Shown: positions 9,440 to 19,855 of the stretch, one piece after another
Layout of the letters: each line of letters begins with the position of its first letter
How positions within the stretch are numbered: the stretch's first letter is position 1
NCBI GenBank assembly: GCA_016202395.1
Contig: JACQOV010000070.1
Span: 1-38,277 of the forward strand
Direction of reading: 5' to 3'
Source of the DNA: Deltaproteobacteria bacterium
GTDB lineage: Bacteria; JACQOV01
Length of the DNA: 38,277 nt
The notes under the pieces: model-generated
The model's database searches: none
What the model saw: the letters and a program-made list of their open reading frames with translations, nothing else
What the model was told of the DNA's origin: nothing
Program-made: the position numbers and the translations under genes

Positions 9440-9769
9440 ATGAAGGATTCCGTACGAAAAAAAGTGGTTCGAAAAATGGTAGAAGCCTTAAAAGATCACT
9501 ACCACCCTGACCGAGTTATCTTATTTGGTTCCGTGGCAACCGGTTCCCCTCGAACCGATAGCGATATTGATCTTCTCATTATTAAAAAAACAAAGAAATC
9601 TTTCTTCCAGCGCCTTGCAGAAGTCCGGCAAGTGGTATCGGAACAACGACGAGGTTATCCTTTTGATCCCATCGTGCTGACTCCTCTAGAGCTCCAAAAA
9701 CGTTTAGCTAAGGGAGATCAGTTCTTCAGAAATGTCCTTTTAGAAGGCCAAGTCCTCTATGAGCAATAG
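9440..9769 (+). CDS. Minimal nucleotidyltransferase (MNT) domain protein
   Basis: LFGSVATGSPRTDSDIDLL (GS-x10-DxD); 109 aa. Confidence 0.9.
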   Translation: MKDSVRKKVVRKMVEALKDHYHPDRVILFGSVATGSPRTDSDIDLLIIKKTKKSFFQRLAEVRQVVSEQRRGYPFDPIVLTPLELQKRLAKGDQFFRNVLLEGQVLYEQ

Positions 9770-10154
9770 TCAAGAGTTTTCCTACCCTCTGGATTGGTTG
9801 AAAAAAGCAAACGAAGACTTTCGAAGAGTGAGCCGAAGGCTCAAAGAAGGTGACGTGGAGGATGCTGCTTTTCACCTTCAGCAAGCCATCGAAAAAGCGC
9901 TGAAAGCAATTCTTTTATCCAGCAAATGGACTCTAAAAAAAATCCATGACTTGGAAGCTCTTTTAGAGGACCTAGTGAAATTTGAACCTTCATTCGAAAA
10001 GTTCCGATCACTCACTCAGAAAGTGACAGGTTATTATCTGGTGGAAAGATATCCTGGTTTTGAAGAAGGACCCGCTGCAGAAGAAGTGGAAACAGACTTC
10101 CAAGAAGCGAAGGCCCTCATGAAAGAAATCCGAAAGAAGGTAAAGAATCATTAA
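9759..10154 (+). CDS. HEPN domain protein (partner of the MNT)
   Basis: AAFHLQQAIEKALKA, IHDLEAL and ERYP motifs; overlaps the MNT gene. Confidence 0.88.
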   Translation: MSNSQEFSYPLDWLKKANEDFRRVSRRLKEGDVEDAAFHLQQAIEKALKAILLSSKWTLKKIHDLEALLEDLVKFEPSFEKFRSLTQKVTGYYLVERYPGFEEGPAAEEVETDFQEAKALMKEIRKKVKNH

Positions 10155-11671
10155 TGAAGCCTTTGGTGTTGATTGTGCTGGATGGATGGGGGATTCGGAG
10201 CGAGAAAAAAGGGAATGCGATCGCTCAAGCAAAACTCCCTTTCTGGAATGAGGCTCTTCGGAAATTTCCTCACACGGAGCTTAAAGCCTCGGAAGAGGCC
10301 GTGGGATTGCCCCCCGGCCAGATGGGCAATTCCGAGGTGGGGCATCTGAACTTAGGCGCGGGACGGATCGTTTATCAAGACCTCCTGCGGATTAACCGTG
10401 CCATCCAGGATAAAAGTTTCTTCAAAAATCCCGTATTCGTTCAAGCTTGTCAAACGACCGTTAAAAATAATTCGGCGTTGCATTTAATGGGGCTGGTATC
10501 CGATGGCGGGGTTCACAGCCATCAAGAGCATCTCTATGCCCTTCTTCGCCTTGCAAAAGAGCAGAAGGTAAAAAACGTTTTCATTCATGCCATCCTCGAT
10601 GGCCGAGACGTCCCTCCCAAAAGCGCGCTAGGCTATCTCCAAGCGCTCGAAAATCTCCTCCAAAAAGAGAAGACTGGCCAAAACGGCCAAAACGGAAAGA
10701 TCGCTACGGTGAGTGGCCGCTACTACACCATGGATCGAGATAAACGGTGGGAACGGACAGAGCTTGGGTTCCAAGCGATTGTGCACGGCCAGGGAACCCC
10801 TGCCTCCTCGGCGGTTGAAGCCATTGAGCAGGCCTATGCTCAGGGAGAGACCGATGAGTTCGTAAAACCTCGCGTGATTCACTCTCAGCCCGCCAGCGAA
10901 AAAGACACCTTTATTTTTTTCAATTTTCGCCCTGACCGAGCTCGTCAGATCACTCGAGCCATCACCGATTCCGGCAAACCGGCTTATTTTGGCTGCATGA
11001 CCCTCTATGACAAAACTTTCACACTTCCCATCGCTTTTCCTCCGGAATCTCTGAGGAATCTTTTTGGAGAACTTGTTTCTAAAAAAGGAATCCAACAACT
11101 CCGAACGGCGGAGACTGAAAAATATGCCCACGTCACCTATTTTTTTAATGGCCGTGAAGAAAAACCGTTTCCTGGCGAAGAGCGGATCTTAATTCCATCC
11201 ACTCAAGAAGTTCCCACCTACGATAAAAAACCGGAGATGAGCGCCGCACAAGTGACAGAAACCGTCCTCAAAGCCCTAGACCAAAAAAAATTCGGATTTA
11301 TTCTAGTCAACTTTGCCAACCCGGACATGGTGGGTCACACCGGAGTGATGGAAGCAGCGATCCGAGCCATCGAAACGGTAGACCACTGCTTAGCCAAAAT
11401 CGCGGACAAGATTTTGGCGCTGGATGGAACTCTTCTCATCACGGCCGATCATGGGAATGTCGAACAGATGACCAATGATGAAACCGGACAGCCTCACACC
11501 GCTCACACCACTTTTCCTGTTCCTCTCGTCCTCATTTCGAAAGATACAAAATCGATTCGGTTAAAACCAGGCATTCTCGCTGACGTTGCCCCTACCCTGC
11601 TCGCTCTCCTCGGCTGGCCCCAACCCTCGGACATGACCGGCCATCCCCTTTTAACTTATCCTTGCATTTAG
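10154..11671 (+). CDS. gpmI: 2,3-bisphosphoglycerate-independent phosphoglycerate mutase
   Basis: LDGWG, GQMGNSEVGH, DGGVHSH, AETEKYAHVT, NPDMVGHTG and ADHGN motifs. Confidence 0.97.
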   Translation: MKPLVLIVLDGWGIRSEKKGNAIAQAKLPFWNEALRKFPHTELKASEEAVGLPPGQMGNSEVGHLNLGAGRIVYQDLLRINRAIQDKSFFKNPVFVQACQTTVKNNSALHLMGLVSDGGVHSHQEHLYALLRLAKEQKVKNVFIHAILDGRDVPPKSALGYLQALENLLQKEKTGQNGQNGKIATVSGRYYTMDRDKRWERTELGFQAIVHGQGTPASSAVEAIEQAYAQGETDEFVKPRVIHSQPASEKDTFIFFNFRPDRARQITRAITDSGKPAYFGCMTLYDKTFTLPIAFPPESLRNLFGELVSKKGIQQLRTAETEKYAHVTYFFNGREEKPFPGEERILIPSTQEVPTYDKKPEMSAAQVTETVLKALDQKKFGFILVNFANPDMVGHTGVMEAAIRAIETVDHCLAKIADKILALDGTLLITADHGNVEQMTNDETGQPHTAHTTFPVPLVLISKDTKSIRLKPGILADVAPTLLALLGWPQPSDMTGHPLLTYPCI

Positions 11672-11678
11672 TCTAACT

Positions 11679-11700
11679 ATATGCAATAATGATTGCATAT
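11679..11700. promoter_or_regulatory. Palindrome overlapping the ATPase start (putative operator)
   Basis: ATATGCAAT-aatg-ATTGCATAT, perfect 9-bp arms. Confidence 0.5.
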
Positions 11701-12844
11701 GGTAGACAGGCCCTTTTGGAAAGAGAGGATACTAGAAAAGGTACGAAGACGCCCTGTGGTGTGGCTTTCCGGGGTGCGTCGGGTCGGGAAAACCGCATTG
11801 ACTCAGCAACTTCCAGCGAGATACTTTGATTGTGAACTCCCCTCCATTCGAAAAGAGGTTGAAGGGGAGGCATTCCTAAAAGAATGCGGAAAAGGACTTA
11901 TTGTTCTGGATGAGATTCACCGTCTTCAAAACCCAACGCAGATCTTAAAAATCGCTGCAGATCACTACCCTCAAGTGAAGATCGTTGCTACAGGCTCCTC
12001 CACTTTGGAGGCTTCTAAGAAATTTCGGGATACTCTTACGGGAAGGAAATACTCGGTCTGGTTAACTCCTATGAATTCGCTAGACGGGGTCTATTTTGGG
12101 ATCAGAGATATTCAAACACGGCTCCGGTTAGGAGGACTCCCCCCTTTTATTTTGTCGGGGGCTTTCGATGAACCAGCCTATCAAGAGTGGATCGATTCCT
12201 TTTGGGCTAAAGACATCCAGGAGCTCTTTCGAGTAGAGCGACGCTACTCCTTTATCAAATTTGTAGAGCTACTAATGCAGCAAAGCGGTGGAATCTTTGA
12301 AGCCACTCGATTTAGCGGACCTTGTGAAGTCAGCCATACGACCATTACTAATTATCTCTCCGTTCTGGAAGCCACTCACTTGGCGCATATTATCCGTCCC
12401 TACTCCACGCGTCGATCGGGGGAGATTATCGCCAGTCCTAAAGTTTATGGGTTTGATACCGGCTTCATAACCCTTTTTAAGGGTTGGGGAGAACTTAGAA
12501 ATGAAGATTACGGATTGTTATGGGAGCACTATGTATTAAATGAATTACACTCCCTCTTAGAACCACGAGAGATCCACTACTGGAGAGACAAAGCAGGGCA
12601 TGAAATGGATTGGGTCATCAAAATAAGAGGAAAGGATCCGATCGCTATCGAATGCAAATGGAAGGAGGAATCGTGGGGATGGTCTTCACTCTTGAGCTTT
12701 CGCCACCGTCACCCTCAAGGAGAAAATTATCTTATTTCGGCCGACAACAACCAAGCGAGAACCATCGAAAAGGAAGGGATACTCTTACATAAAATCAATA
12801 TCCAAGGACTGAGAGAAATTTTCCAAAAGAATGATGACGTTTGA
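11699..12844 (+). CDS. AAA_14 ATPase with DUF4143 / restriction-endonuclease-like C-terminus
   Basis: GVRRVGKT Walker A, LDEIH Walker B, TGSS, PKVYGFDTG, YWRDKAGHEMD..IAIECK. Confidence 0.88.
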   Translation: MVDRPFWKERILEKVRRRPVVWLSGVRRVGKTALTQQLPARYFDCELPSIRKEVEGEAFLKECGKGLIVLDEIHRLQNPTQILKIAADHYPQVKIVATGSSTLEASKKFRDTLTGRKYSVWLTPMNSLDGVYFGIRDIQTRLRLGGLPPFILSGAFDEPAYQEWIDSFWAKDIQELFRVERRYSFIKFVELLMQQSGGIFEATRFSGPCEVSHTTITNYLSVLEATHLAHIIRPYSTRRSGEIIASPKVYGFDTGFITLFKGWGELRNEDYGLLWEHYVLNELHSLLEPREIHYWRDKAGHEMDWVIKIRGKDPIAIECKWKEESWGWSSLLSFRHRHPQGENYLISADNNQARTIEKEGILLHKINIQGLREIFQKNDDV

Positions 12845-12869
12845 CCCTCCTTAAACTCCATGTTATGGT
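12841..12869 (+). promoter_or_regulatory. Putative sigma70 promoter (TTGACC-17-TATGGT with extended TG) for the TPR operon
   Basis: -10 ends 7 nt before the ATG at 12877. Confidence 0.5.
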
Positions 12870-12876
12870 TGTCGGA

Positions 12877-14631
12877 ATGAAAACAGCTCTAAAAACAGGG
12901 ACCTTAGTCCTAGCCCTCCTTCTGGCGTCCGGCTGCGCCACCCTTTCTAAAAAAGAACGAGGAGAAGAAAGTCCCAAGGAATCGAAGCCAGCTCCAACAA
13001 AATCTTCCTCAAAACTCTCCGGCGAGGCACAGGCTTACCACAACTATCTCCTGGGCTATCTCTACGATGCCGAGGGGGACACGGATACGGCGATCTTGAA
13101 GCTCCAACAAGCGAGCGAAGCGGATCCCGACTCGATCTGGCTTCACATCCAACTGGCTCGGCTCGAGATCGAACGTGAAAACCTCGATCCGGCGGTTGCG
13201 GAATGTCAGAAAGCCCTTCAAATCGACCCCACCGATTTGGAAACTCATATTCTGTTGGGAAACATCTACGCCTCTCAAGGGAAGATTGAGGAAGCGATGA
13301 CGATCTATGAGGAAGCGGTTCAACAACATCCTCACACCGTCGACCCCTACCTCTATCTTGCTATCTTGCACACCAATCAAGGAGAGTACGACAAAGCCGT
13401 TGAGATTTTGCAAAAACTCAATGTCATGGAACCCCACTCGGCGATTGGTTACTACCATCTCGGAAAAGTTTATCTTCAACAAAAGAAATACGACACGGCG
13501 ATTGAATTCTACCAAAAGGCCCTCGAGCGGGATCCGGGCTATCCGTTGGCCCTGCTGGAATTGGCCAGAACCTATGAACTGATGGAGAAGTGGACAGAGG
13601 CCATCGAACGGTATCAGAAATATCTCTCTTCCTATCCCGATAATCTTTTGGTCCGAGATCGACTCATTCAGATCTACATTCAGCAGAATAATCTAGACCC
13701 AGCGGCTGAAGAGTTGGAGGGCTTAAAAGCGCTCGATCCTGGCAACTTTGATCTCCGAATTAAATTGGGACTGATCTATCTCGAACAAAAGAAGTACGAG
13801 ATCGCCATTCAAGAGTTTCAACAGATCCTTGCGGTGTTCCCTGATCTTTATCGCGTCCGCTACTATTTGGGTTTGGCCTATGCTGAGCAAAAAGAATTGG
13901 ATAAAGCCGAGTCCGAATTTGCGAAGATCCCAAAAAGCGATCTCCTCTACGCCGATGGACAAACACAGCTGGCCATGGAACTCGAAAGGAAGGGGGATTT
14001 CCAGCAGGCTCTAGCCATTTTAGAGGGAGCGCTTCAGGAACAACCGGATCATGTGAACCTTATTGGCACTTATTCCAATGTCCAACGGCGATCCGGAAAT
14101 ATAGAAGGGGCCATTAAAACTCTGGAGGAGGCCATTCCGCGTTTTCCGGATGCAGCGAAGCTCCGTTACCAACTGGCCATCAGCCTCGATGAAGCCAATC
14201 GATTGGAGGAAGCGATCCAGATCATGCGGGAGATGCTAGAAAAAGATCCCAATGATGCGGATGCGCTAAATTTCATCGGGTACACCTATGCGGAACGAAA
14301 CATGAACCTTGACGAAGCGGAATCGATGGTTCAAAAAGCCTTGGAGATCCGCCCCAAAGACGGCTACATCGTCGATAGCCTCGCGTGGGTTTACTTTCGA
14401 AAAGGAGAGATCCAAAAAGCGCTCGAACAGATCGAAAAGGCCATCGAATTGACTCCGGATGATCCAACCGTTTTGGAGCATCTGGGAGATATCCAATTAA
14501 AACTCCGAAACAAAAAGAAGGCCTTAGAGGCTTACAAAAAGGCGCTCGAAACAGGCCCGAGTGTGAAGGAACGGGAAGAGATCGAGCAGAAGGTTCAAAA
14601 ACTCGAGCCGAAAAAGACAACCTCCCCGTGA
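12877..14631 (+). CDS. Tetratricopeptide-repeat lipoprotein
   Basis: Lipobox LASG-C; many TPRs; ALNFIGYTYAE..DSLAWVYF..EHLGD C-terminal repeats. Confidence 0.9.
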   Translation: MKTALKTGTLVLALLLASGCATLSKKERGEESPKESKPAPTKSSSKLSGEAQAYHNYLLGYLYDAEGDTDTAILKLQQASEADPDSIWLHIQLARLEIERENLDPAVAECQKALQIDPTDLETHILLGNIYASQGKIEEAMTIYEEAVQQHPHTVDPYLYLAILHTNQGEYDKAVEILQKLNVMEPHSAIGYYHLGKVYLQQKKYDTAIEFYQKALERDPGYPLALLELARTYELMEKWTEAIERYQKYLSSYPDNLLVRDRLIQIYIQQNNLDPAAEELEGLKALDPGNFDLRIKLGLIYLEQKKYEIAIQEFQQILAVFPDLYRVRYYLGLAYAEQKELDKAESEFAKIPKSDLLYADGQTQLAMELERKGDFQQALAILEGALQEQPDHVNLIGTYSNVQRRSGNIEGAIKTLEEAIPRFPDAAKLRYQLAISLDEANRLEEAIQIMREMLEKDPNDADALNFIGYTYAERNMNLDEAESMVQKALEIRPKDGYIVDSLAWVYFRKGEIQKALEQIEKAIELTPDDPTVLEHLGDIQLKLRNKKKALEAYKKALETGPSVKEREEIEQKVQKLEPKKTTSP

Positions 14632-15299
14632 GATTGCGACGTCGCTTCAAAACTTTCGCGGCAGTAATTTCCCTTGGGGTGATTTTACTCACGGGATGCC
14701 AGTCTCTCCAAACTCGTTTGGACCCCTCCCCCTCCCTACTTCTAGAAAAAGAGAAAATCCAAACTTTCCAAAGCCAACTCCAGATCCTTTTAAAGACGCC
14801 GGGAAGCCGCATCCCTCTTCAGGGGTGGCTCTACCTTAAAAAACCGGCCTCTTTTCGGATTGAACTCTTCGATCGCTTTGGAACATTGGTGTGGCTTCTT
14901 CGAACCAACGGAGAAGAATATTTTTACTACTCTTCTCAAGATAACACCACCGAGCGAGGCCGTTGGTCCGAGATAGAAGAGAGATCGGGAGCTCCTGTCC
15001 CCATATTCCCTCAAGAGCTCACTCGAATTCTGTTAACAGAACCTCTGCCTGAAGGCTCCGGCTACTTTTTCAAGCAACATCGAAAAAAACCAGAGGTCGT
15101 GGTAGAAAAGAGGGATGCTTCACGAAAACGGATATGGGTTGTCCATTTTCTCAACTTTGCTGAAGTCGAGGGGACGATTTTGGCGGACCAAATGGAGCTA
15201 GACTTTCCTTCCGAAAAATTGTCGCTCCAGATTTCTTACCGGAATTTTTCTCCGAATCCTTTGCTCAATGCGGATTTATTCGAGGAGAAAGATGGCTAA
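14628..15299 (+). CDS. LolA/LolB-fold-like lipoprotein (DUF4292-like)
   Basis: Lipobox LTG-C; KKPASFRIEL and NPLLNADLF segments; GTGA overlap with the TPR gene. Confidence 0.65.
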   Translation: MRLRRRFKTFAAVISLGVILLTGCQSLQTRLDPSPSLLLEKEKIQTFQSQLQILLKTPGSRIPLQGWLYLKKPASFRIELFDRFGTLVWLLRTNGEEYFYYSSQDNTTERGRWSEIEERSGAPVPIFPQELTRILLTEPLPEGSGYFFKQHRKKPEVVVEKRDASRKRIWVVHFLNFAEVEGTILADQMELDFPSEKLSLQISYRNFSPNPLLNADLFEEKDG

Positions 15300-16920
15300 A
15301 GCTCTACTTGTGATCCTGAGCGGTATCTTCGGCTGCGCGCAAGGAGAAAGTGTCCCACCTGTGGTGCACAGTCCTGCTCCGGCCTACGGGGATACGATCC
15401 TGACAGGCTCGATTGGGGATGCGAGCAATCTTCTTCCGATGCTCGCCTCTGACAGCGCCTCTTTCGACATTGCAAGCCTTGTCTATAACGGACTCGTGAA
15501 GTACGACAAAAATTTGGAGCTCACGGGAGATCTTGCCGAAAGATGGGAGGTTTCCTTGGATCAACTCACGATCCGCTTTTACCTGCGCAAAGGAGTGAAA
15601 TGGCACGATGGTGTGGAGTTTACGGCTGAAGATATTTTATTTGGCTACCAAAAACTGATCGATCCCCATACGCTAACCGCCTACTCCGAAGATTACAAAC
15701 AGGTAAAAGCGGCTCGGGTCATCGACCGTTACACCTTTGAAGTTACTTACAAAAGGCCTTTTGCCCCCGCTCTTGCCAGTTGGGGAATGTTACCTATAAT
15801 CCCCAAGCACCTGTTGGAAGGGAAAGAGATCAACCAATCGGAGCTTTCACGCCATCCCATTGGAACCGGGCCTTATCGTTTTAAGCGATGGGTCACCAAT
15901 GACCACATCTGGCTCACCTCGAGCCCCGATTATTTTGAAGGACGCCCTTACATCGATGGTTACATCTATCGAATTATCCCCGATCAAGCAACGATGTTTT
16001 TGGAGCTCCGGACCCAAGGGATTGATTGGATGGGGCTTACTCCCCTCCAATACCAACGACAAACCGACACCGCTTGGTTTAAAAAAGAGTTCAACAAATA
16101 CAGCTATATCGGCGCCGGTTACACCTATTTGGGCTACAATCTTCGAGACAAACGTTTTCAAGACAAACGGGTTCGGCAGGCCATTTCGTACGCCATCGAC
16201 AAAAATAAGGTGGTGCGCGGAGTCCTCCATGGCTTAGGCGTCGCAGCCACCGGCCCTTACAAACCGGACACCTGGGCCTACAACCCGAATGTAAAGCCGT
16301 ACCCTTACGATCCTGAAAAAGCGAAGCAACTTTTAGCCGAGGCCGGTTGGAAAGACACAGATCACGATGAGATTTTGGACAAAGAAGGCCAGCCGTTCGA
16401 ATTTGTTATCATGACGAATCAGGGGAACGCTCAACGGCAGCTCACATTGGAGATTATTCAGAGAGAACTTCGCAAATTAGGGATTTTGGTGAAGCCTCGA
16501 GTCGTCGAATGGTCAACATTCATCAACGAATTTATCGACAAACGAAATTTTGAGGCGATTATTTTGGGATGGAGTTTAAGCCCCGATCCCGATCAATTTG
16601 ACATCTGGCATTCCAGCAAAACGGGGCTTCGAGAGTTTAATTTTATTTCGTACAACAACCCTGAAGTTGATGAATTGCTAGAAAAAGGACGATCGGTCTT
16701 TGATCCCAAGGAGCGGAAAAAATATTACGATCGGCTGCAAGAGATTCTAGCCGAAGAACAACCGTACACCTTTTTGTACGTGCCGTATGCTCTCCCCGCT
16801 ATTCATCGCCGCTTTTACGGTGTGGAGCCAGCGCCCGCTGGAATCTCTCACAATTTTCATAAATGGTACGTCCCCGCCGAATTACAGCGCCGCACCCACC
16901 TCAATCAAATGGCTCCGTGA
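15292..16920 (+). CDS. oppA: Peptide ABC transporter substrate-binding lipoprotein (family 5)
   Basis: Lipobox IFG-C; GDLAERWEVS, FYLRKGVKWHDG, PIGTGPY and RVRQAISYAID motifs. Confidence 0.9.
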   Translation: MAKALLVILSGIFGCAQGESVPPVVHSPAPAYGDTILTGSIGDASNLLPMLASDSASFDIASLVYNGLVKYDKNLELTGDLAERWEVSLDQLTIRFYLRKGVKWHDGVEFTAEDILFGYQKLIDPHTLTAYSEDYKQVKAARVIDRYTFEVTYKRPFAPALASWGMLPIIPKHLLEGKEINQSELSRHPIGTGPYRFKRWVTNDHIWLTSSPDYFEGRPYIDGYIYRIIPDQATMFLELRTQGIDWMGLTPLQYQRQTDTAWFKKEFNKYSYIGAGYTYLGYNLRDKRFQDKRVRQAISYAIDKNKVVRGVLHGLGVAATGPYKPDTWAYNPNVKPYPYDPEKAKQLLAEAGWKDTDHDEILDKEGQPFEFVIMTNQGNAQRQLTLEIIQRELRKLGILVKPRVVEWSTFINEFIDKRNFEAIILGWSLSPDPDQFDIWHSSKTGLREFNFISYNNPEVDELLEKGRSVFDPKERKKYYDRLQEILAEEQPYTFLYVPYALPAIHRRFYGVEPAPAGISHNFHKWYVPAELQRRTHLNQMAP

Positions 16921-17054
16921 CTTGATAATACTTATAATGGTATATTCAGATAAAATGGCTCCATTACCTTAAAAAAGATCGGAATCGAGAACACCTTGGG
17001 GAAGTCGAATAAATTATTGTAAAGTACAGTTACCATTTGGAAATAAAATTTACT

Positions 17055-18032
17055 ATGGCAACCTACATCTTGAAACGGCTGATAGGGATGGGGCCGATGT
17101 TGATTGGGATCACGTTGATCTCTTTTGTGGTGATTCATCTCGCTCCGGGCGAACCGACCGACATGCAGACTCAACTCAACCCCAAAGCCTCCGCGGAGGC
17201 TTACCAAAGGCTGCGAGAACATTACGGATTAAACGACCCTATTCACATCCAATATTGGAATTGGCTTAAACGGATTGCTAAATTAGATCTTGGCAATTCG
17301 TTTCGCCAAGACGGACGCCCTGTCATCGACAAAATCAAAGAGGCTTTACCGATCACAATTCTTCTCAATGTTCTCTCGCTCTTCTTAATTCTTCTCGTCT
17401 CGATTCCGATTGGAGTTCTGGCCGCCACACGCCAGTACTCTCTGTTCGACAAGCTCACCACGGTGGTGGTCTATATTGGGTTTGCCGTCCCCACTTTCTG
17501 GCTTGCGCTTCTCATGATGATTCTGTTTGGGCTGGAACTCGGTTGGCTTCCCATCTCAGGGCTACACTCGTTTGGCTATGAACTTTTCTCCCCGGCTCAA
17601 AAATTTTCGGATCTCGCAAAGCATCTCGCCTTGCCAGTTTTTGTCGCCGCTTTTGGCGGGCTTGCGGGACTTTCACGCTATATGCGACTCAACCTTTTGG
17701 AGGTGATCCGACAAGACTATATTCTCACAGCGCGAGCCAAAGGGCTCTCTGAAAACAAAGTGATCTACAAACACGCTCTCCGAAACGCGCTTCTCCCGGT
17801 GATCACTATTTTAGGGCTCTCGATTCCAGGATTGATCGGCGGCGGAGTTATTTTTGAAAGTATCTTCTCCATCCCCGGGATGGGGCGACTTTTTTATGAA
17901 AGTGTGATGGCCAGGGATTACCCCGTGGTGATGGGGATTCTTGTCATTGGAGGAGTATTAACGCTTCTGGGAAATTTAATTGCGGATGCGAGTTATGCGT
18001 TGGCCGATCCGCGGATTCGACACGGAAAATGA
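17055..18032 (+). CDS. oppB: Peptide ABC transporter permease
   Basis: [25 protein letters not shown] and ADPRIR motifs. Confidence 0.9.
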   Translation: MATYILKRLIGMGPMLIGITLISFVVIHLAPGEPTDMQTQLNPKASAEAYQRLREHYGLNDPIHIQYWNWLKRIAKLDLGNSFRQDGRPVIDKIKEALPITILLNVLSLFLILLVSIPIGVLAATRQYSLFDKLTTVVVYIGFAVPTFWLALLMMILFGLELGWLPISGLHSFGYELFSPAQKFSDLAKHLALPVFVAAFGGLAGLSRYMRLNLLEVIRQDYILTARAKGLSENKVIYKHALRNALLPVITILGLSIPGLIGGGVIFESIFSIPGMGRLFYESVMARDYPVVMGILVIGGVLTLLGNLIADASYALADPRIRHGK

Positions 18033-18886
18033 CAAATATGACAGAAATCGGCGGTTTCAAAGCTTTCTGGCGGCGACTTCGAAAGAACCGGCTGGCGATG
18101 ACAGGATCGGGGATCGTCCTTCTTCTCGTCCTTGCCGCCCTACTCGCCCCCTGGATTGCCCCCTACGATCCTACGGAAATCGATATCGATCAGATCATGA
18201 TGCCTCCCACTCTCCAACATCCTTTGGGAACCGACATGCTGGGACGAGATGTTTTAAGTCGAATGATCTACGGCTCTCGAGTCTCCCTTCAAGTGAGTTT
18301 TATTGCAGTGGGAATTGCCCTGATGATTGGGGTGATCTTTGGCTCTTTGGCGGGATACTACGGTGGCAAAACTGACACCGTTGTGATGCGATTCGTCGAT
18401 CTCATGCTCTGCTTCCCCAGTTTCTTCTTAATCCTAAGCGTCATCGCTTTTCTGGAACCCTCCCTTCTCAACATTATGATCGTGATTGGACTCACGAGTT
18501 GGATGGGAATGGCGCGATTGGTTCGAGCCGAATTCCTCTCGCTCAAAGAGCGCGAGTTTGTGCTGGCTGCCAAAGCTCAAGGGATTCCGGACCGGCGGAT
18601 CATCGTGCGACATCTTTTGCCCAATGCAATTGCTCCTGCGGTAGTTTCTGCTATCCTAGGGATCGGAGCGGCGATTTTAACAGAGTCGGCCTTAAGTTTT
18701 CTGGGGCTGGGGGTTCAGCCTCCCATCCCAAGTTGGGGAAATATTTTAACGGCTGGAAAAGATAACATCGAGATCGCCTGGTGGCTCTCCCTGTTTCCAG
18801 GGCTTGCGATACTGATTACGATTTTAGGCTATAATCTTTTGGGCGAGGGGGCTCGTGACGCGCTGGACCCAAGGTTGAAGTTGTAA
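18029..18886 (+). CDS. oppC: Peptide ABC transporter permease
   Basis: [25 protein letters not shown] and DALDPR motifs. Confidence 0.9.
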   Translation: MTNMTEIGGFKAFWRRLRKNRLAMTGSGIVLLLVLAALLAPWIAPYDPTEIDIDQIMMPPTLQHPLGTDMLGRDVLSRMIYGSRVSLQVSFIAVGIALMIGVIFGSLAGYYGGKTDTVVMRFVDLMLCFPSFFLILSVIAFLEPSLLNIMIVIGLTSWMGMARLVRAEFLSLKEREFVLAAKAQGIPDRRIIVRHLLPNAIAPAVVSAILGIGAAILTESALSFLGLGVQPPIPSWGNILTAGKDNIEIAWWLSLFPGLAILITILGYNLLGEGARDALDPRLKL

Positions 18887-18887
18887 A

Positions 18888-19853
18888 ATGTCGTTACTCC
18901 AAATTAAAAATCTTTCGGTTCAATTCGACACTCCTCAAGGGATTTTGAAGGCCGTTGATGATGTCAGTTTTGAGCTGGACAAAGGAGAGACGCTTGGACT
19001 GGTGGGAGAGTCGGGCTGTGGAAAGACCGTTACTTCTCTCTCGATTCTTCGTCTCATCCCCTCTCCCCCAGGTCGAATCACGCAAGGCTCCATCCTTTTT
19101 GACGGGAAAGATCTCCTGAAACTCCCCGAAAAAGAGATGCGCAAGATCCGTGGCAGTGAGATCGCCATGATCTTCCAAGAACCGATGACAGCGCTTAATC
19201 CCGTTTTTACGATCGGAAACCAGATTATGGAAACGATCCGGACCCATCGCAAAGTAACTCAGGCCCAGGCTCGAGATCAAGCGGAAGAACTTTTAAAAGT
19301 AGTGGGTATTCCCGAACCCAAGCGCCGATTGAAAAGTTATCCTCACGAACTCAGTGGTGGGATGCGACAACGGGCCATGATTGCGATCGCTCTGAGCTGC
19401 AATCCGAAAATCTTGATCGCCGATGAACCCACTACAGCTTTGGATGTGACGATCCAAGCTCAAATCTTGGAGCTCCTTCAAAAACTGCAAGAAGAATTTC
19501 ACATGTCCATCCTCCTGATTACGCATGATTTAGGGATCGTGGCAGAAAGGGTTCGGGATGTCGCCATTATGTATGCCGGAAAGATTGTGGAGCAAACCTC
19601 GACGAAACGACTTTTTGAAAATCCCCTTCATCCTTACACACGCGGGCTTCTCGGCTCAATTCCGCAATTCGATCCCGCTCGATCGCAGAAGAGACTCAAA
19701 AACATTCCCGGCGTGGTTCCGGATCTCCGAATGCCCCCGCCCGGATGCCTTTTCTCCGATCGTTGTTTCATGAAAGTTTCACATTGTGAGCAAGAGATTC
19801 CTCCGCTAGAAGAGAAAGAAGCGGGCCATGGGGTTCGATGTTTTGAGGTGTAA
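18888..19853 (+). CDS. oppD: Peptide ABC transporter ATP-binding protein
   Basis: [24 protein letters not shown] and Cys-rich C-terminus. Confidence 0.9.
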   Translation: MSLLQIKNLSVQFDTPQGILKAVDDVSFELDKGETLGLVGESGCGKTVTSLSILRLIPSPPGRITQGSILFDGKDLLKLPEKEMRKIRGSEIAMIFQEPMTALNPVFTIGNQIMETIRTHRKVTQAQARDQAEELLKVVGIPEPKRRLKSYPHELSGGMRQRAMIAIALSCNPKILIADEPTTALDVTIQAQILELLQKLQEEFHMSILLITHDLGIVAERVRDVAIMYAGKIVEQTSTKRLFENPLHPYTRGLLGSIPQFDPARSQKRLKNIPGVVPDLRMPPPGCLFSDRCFMKVSHCEQEIPPLEEKEAGHGVRCFEV

Positions 19854-19855
19854 AA

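Noticed and set aside
16921-17054. AT-rich oppA-oppB spacer as an sRNA or promoter
   Set aside because: Several -10-like hexamers but no well-spaced -35 or stable hairpin.
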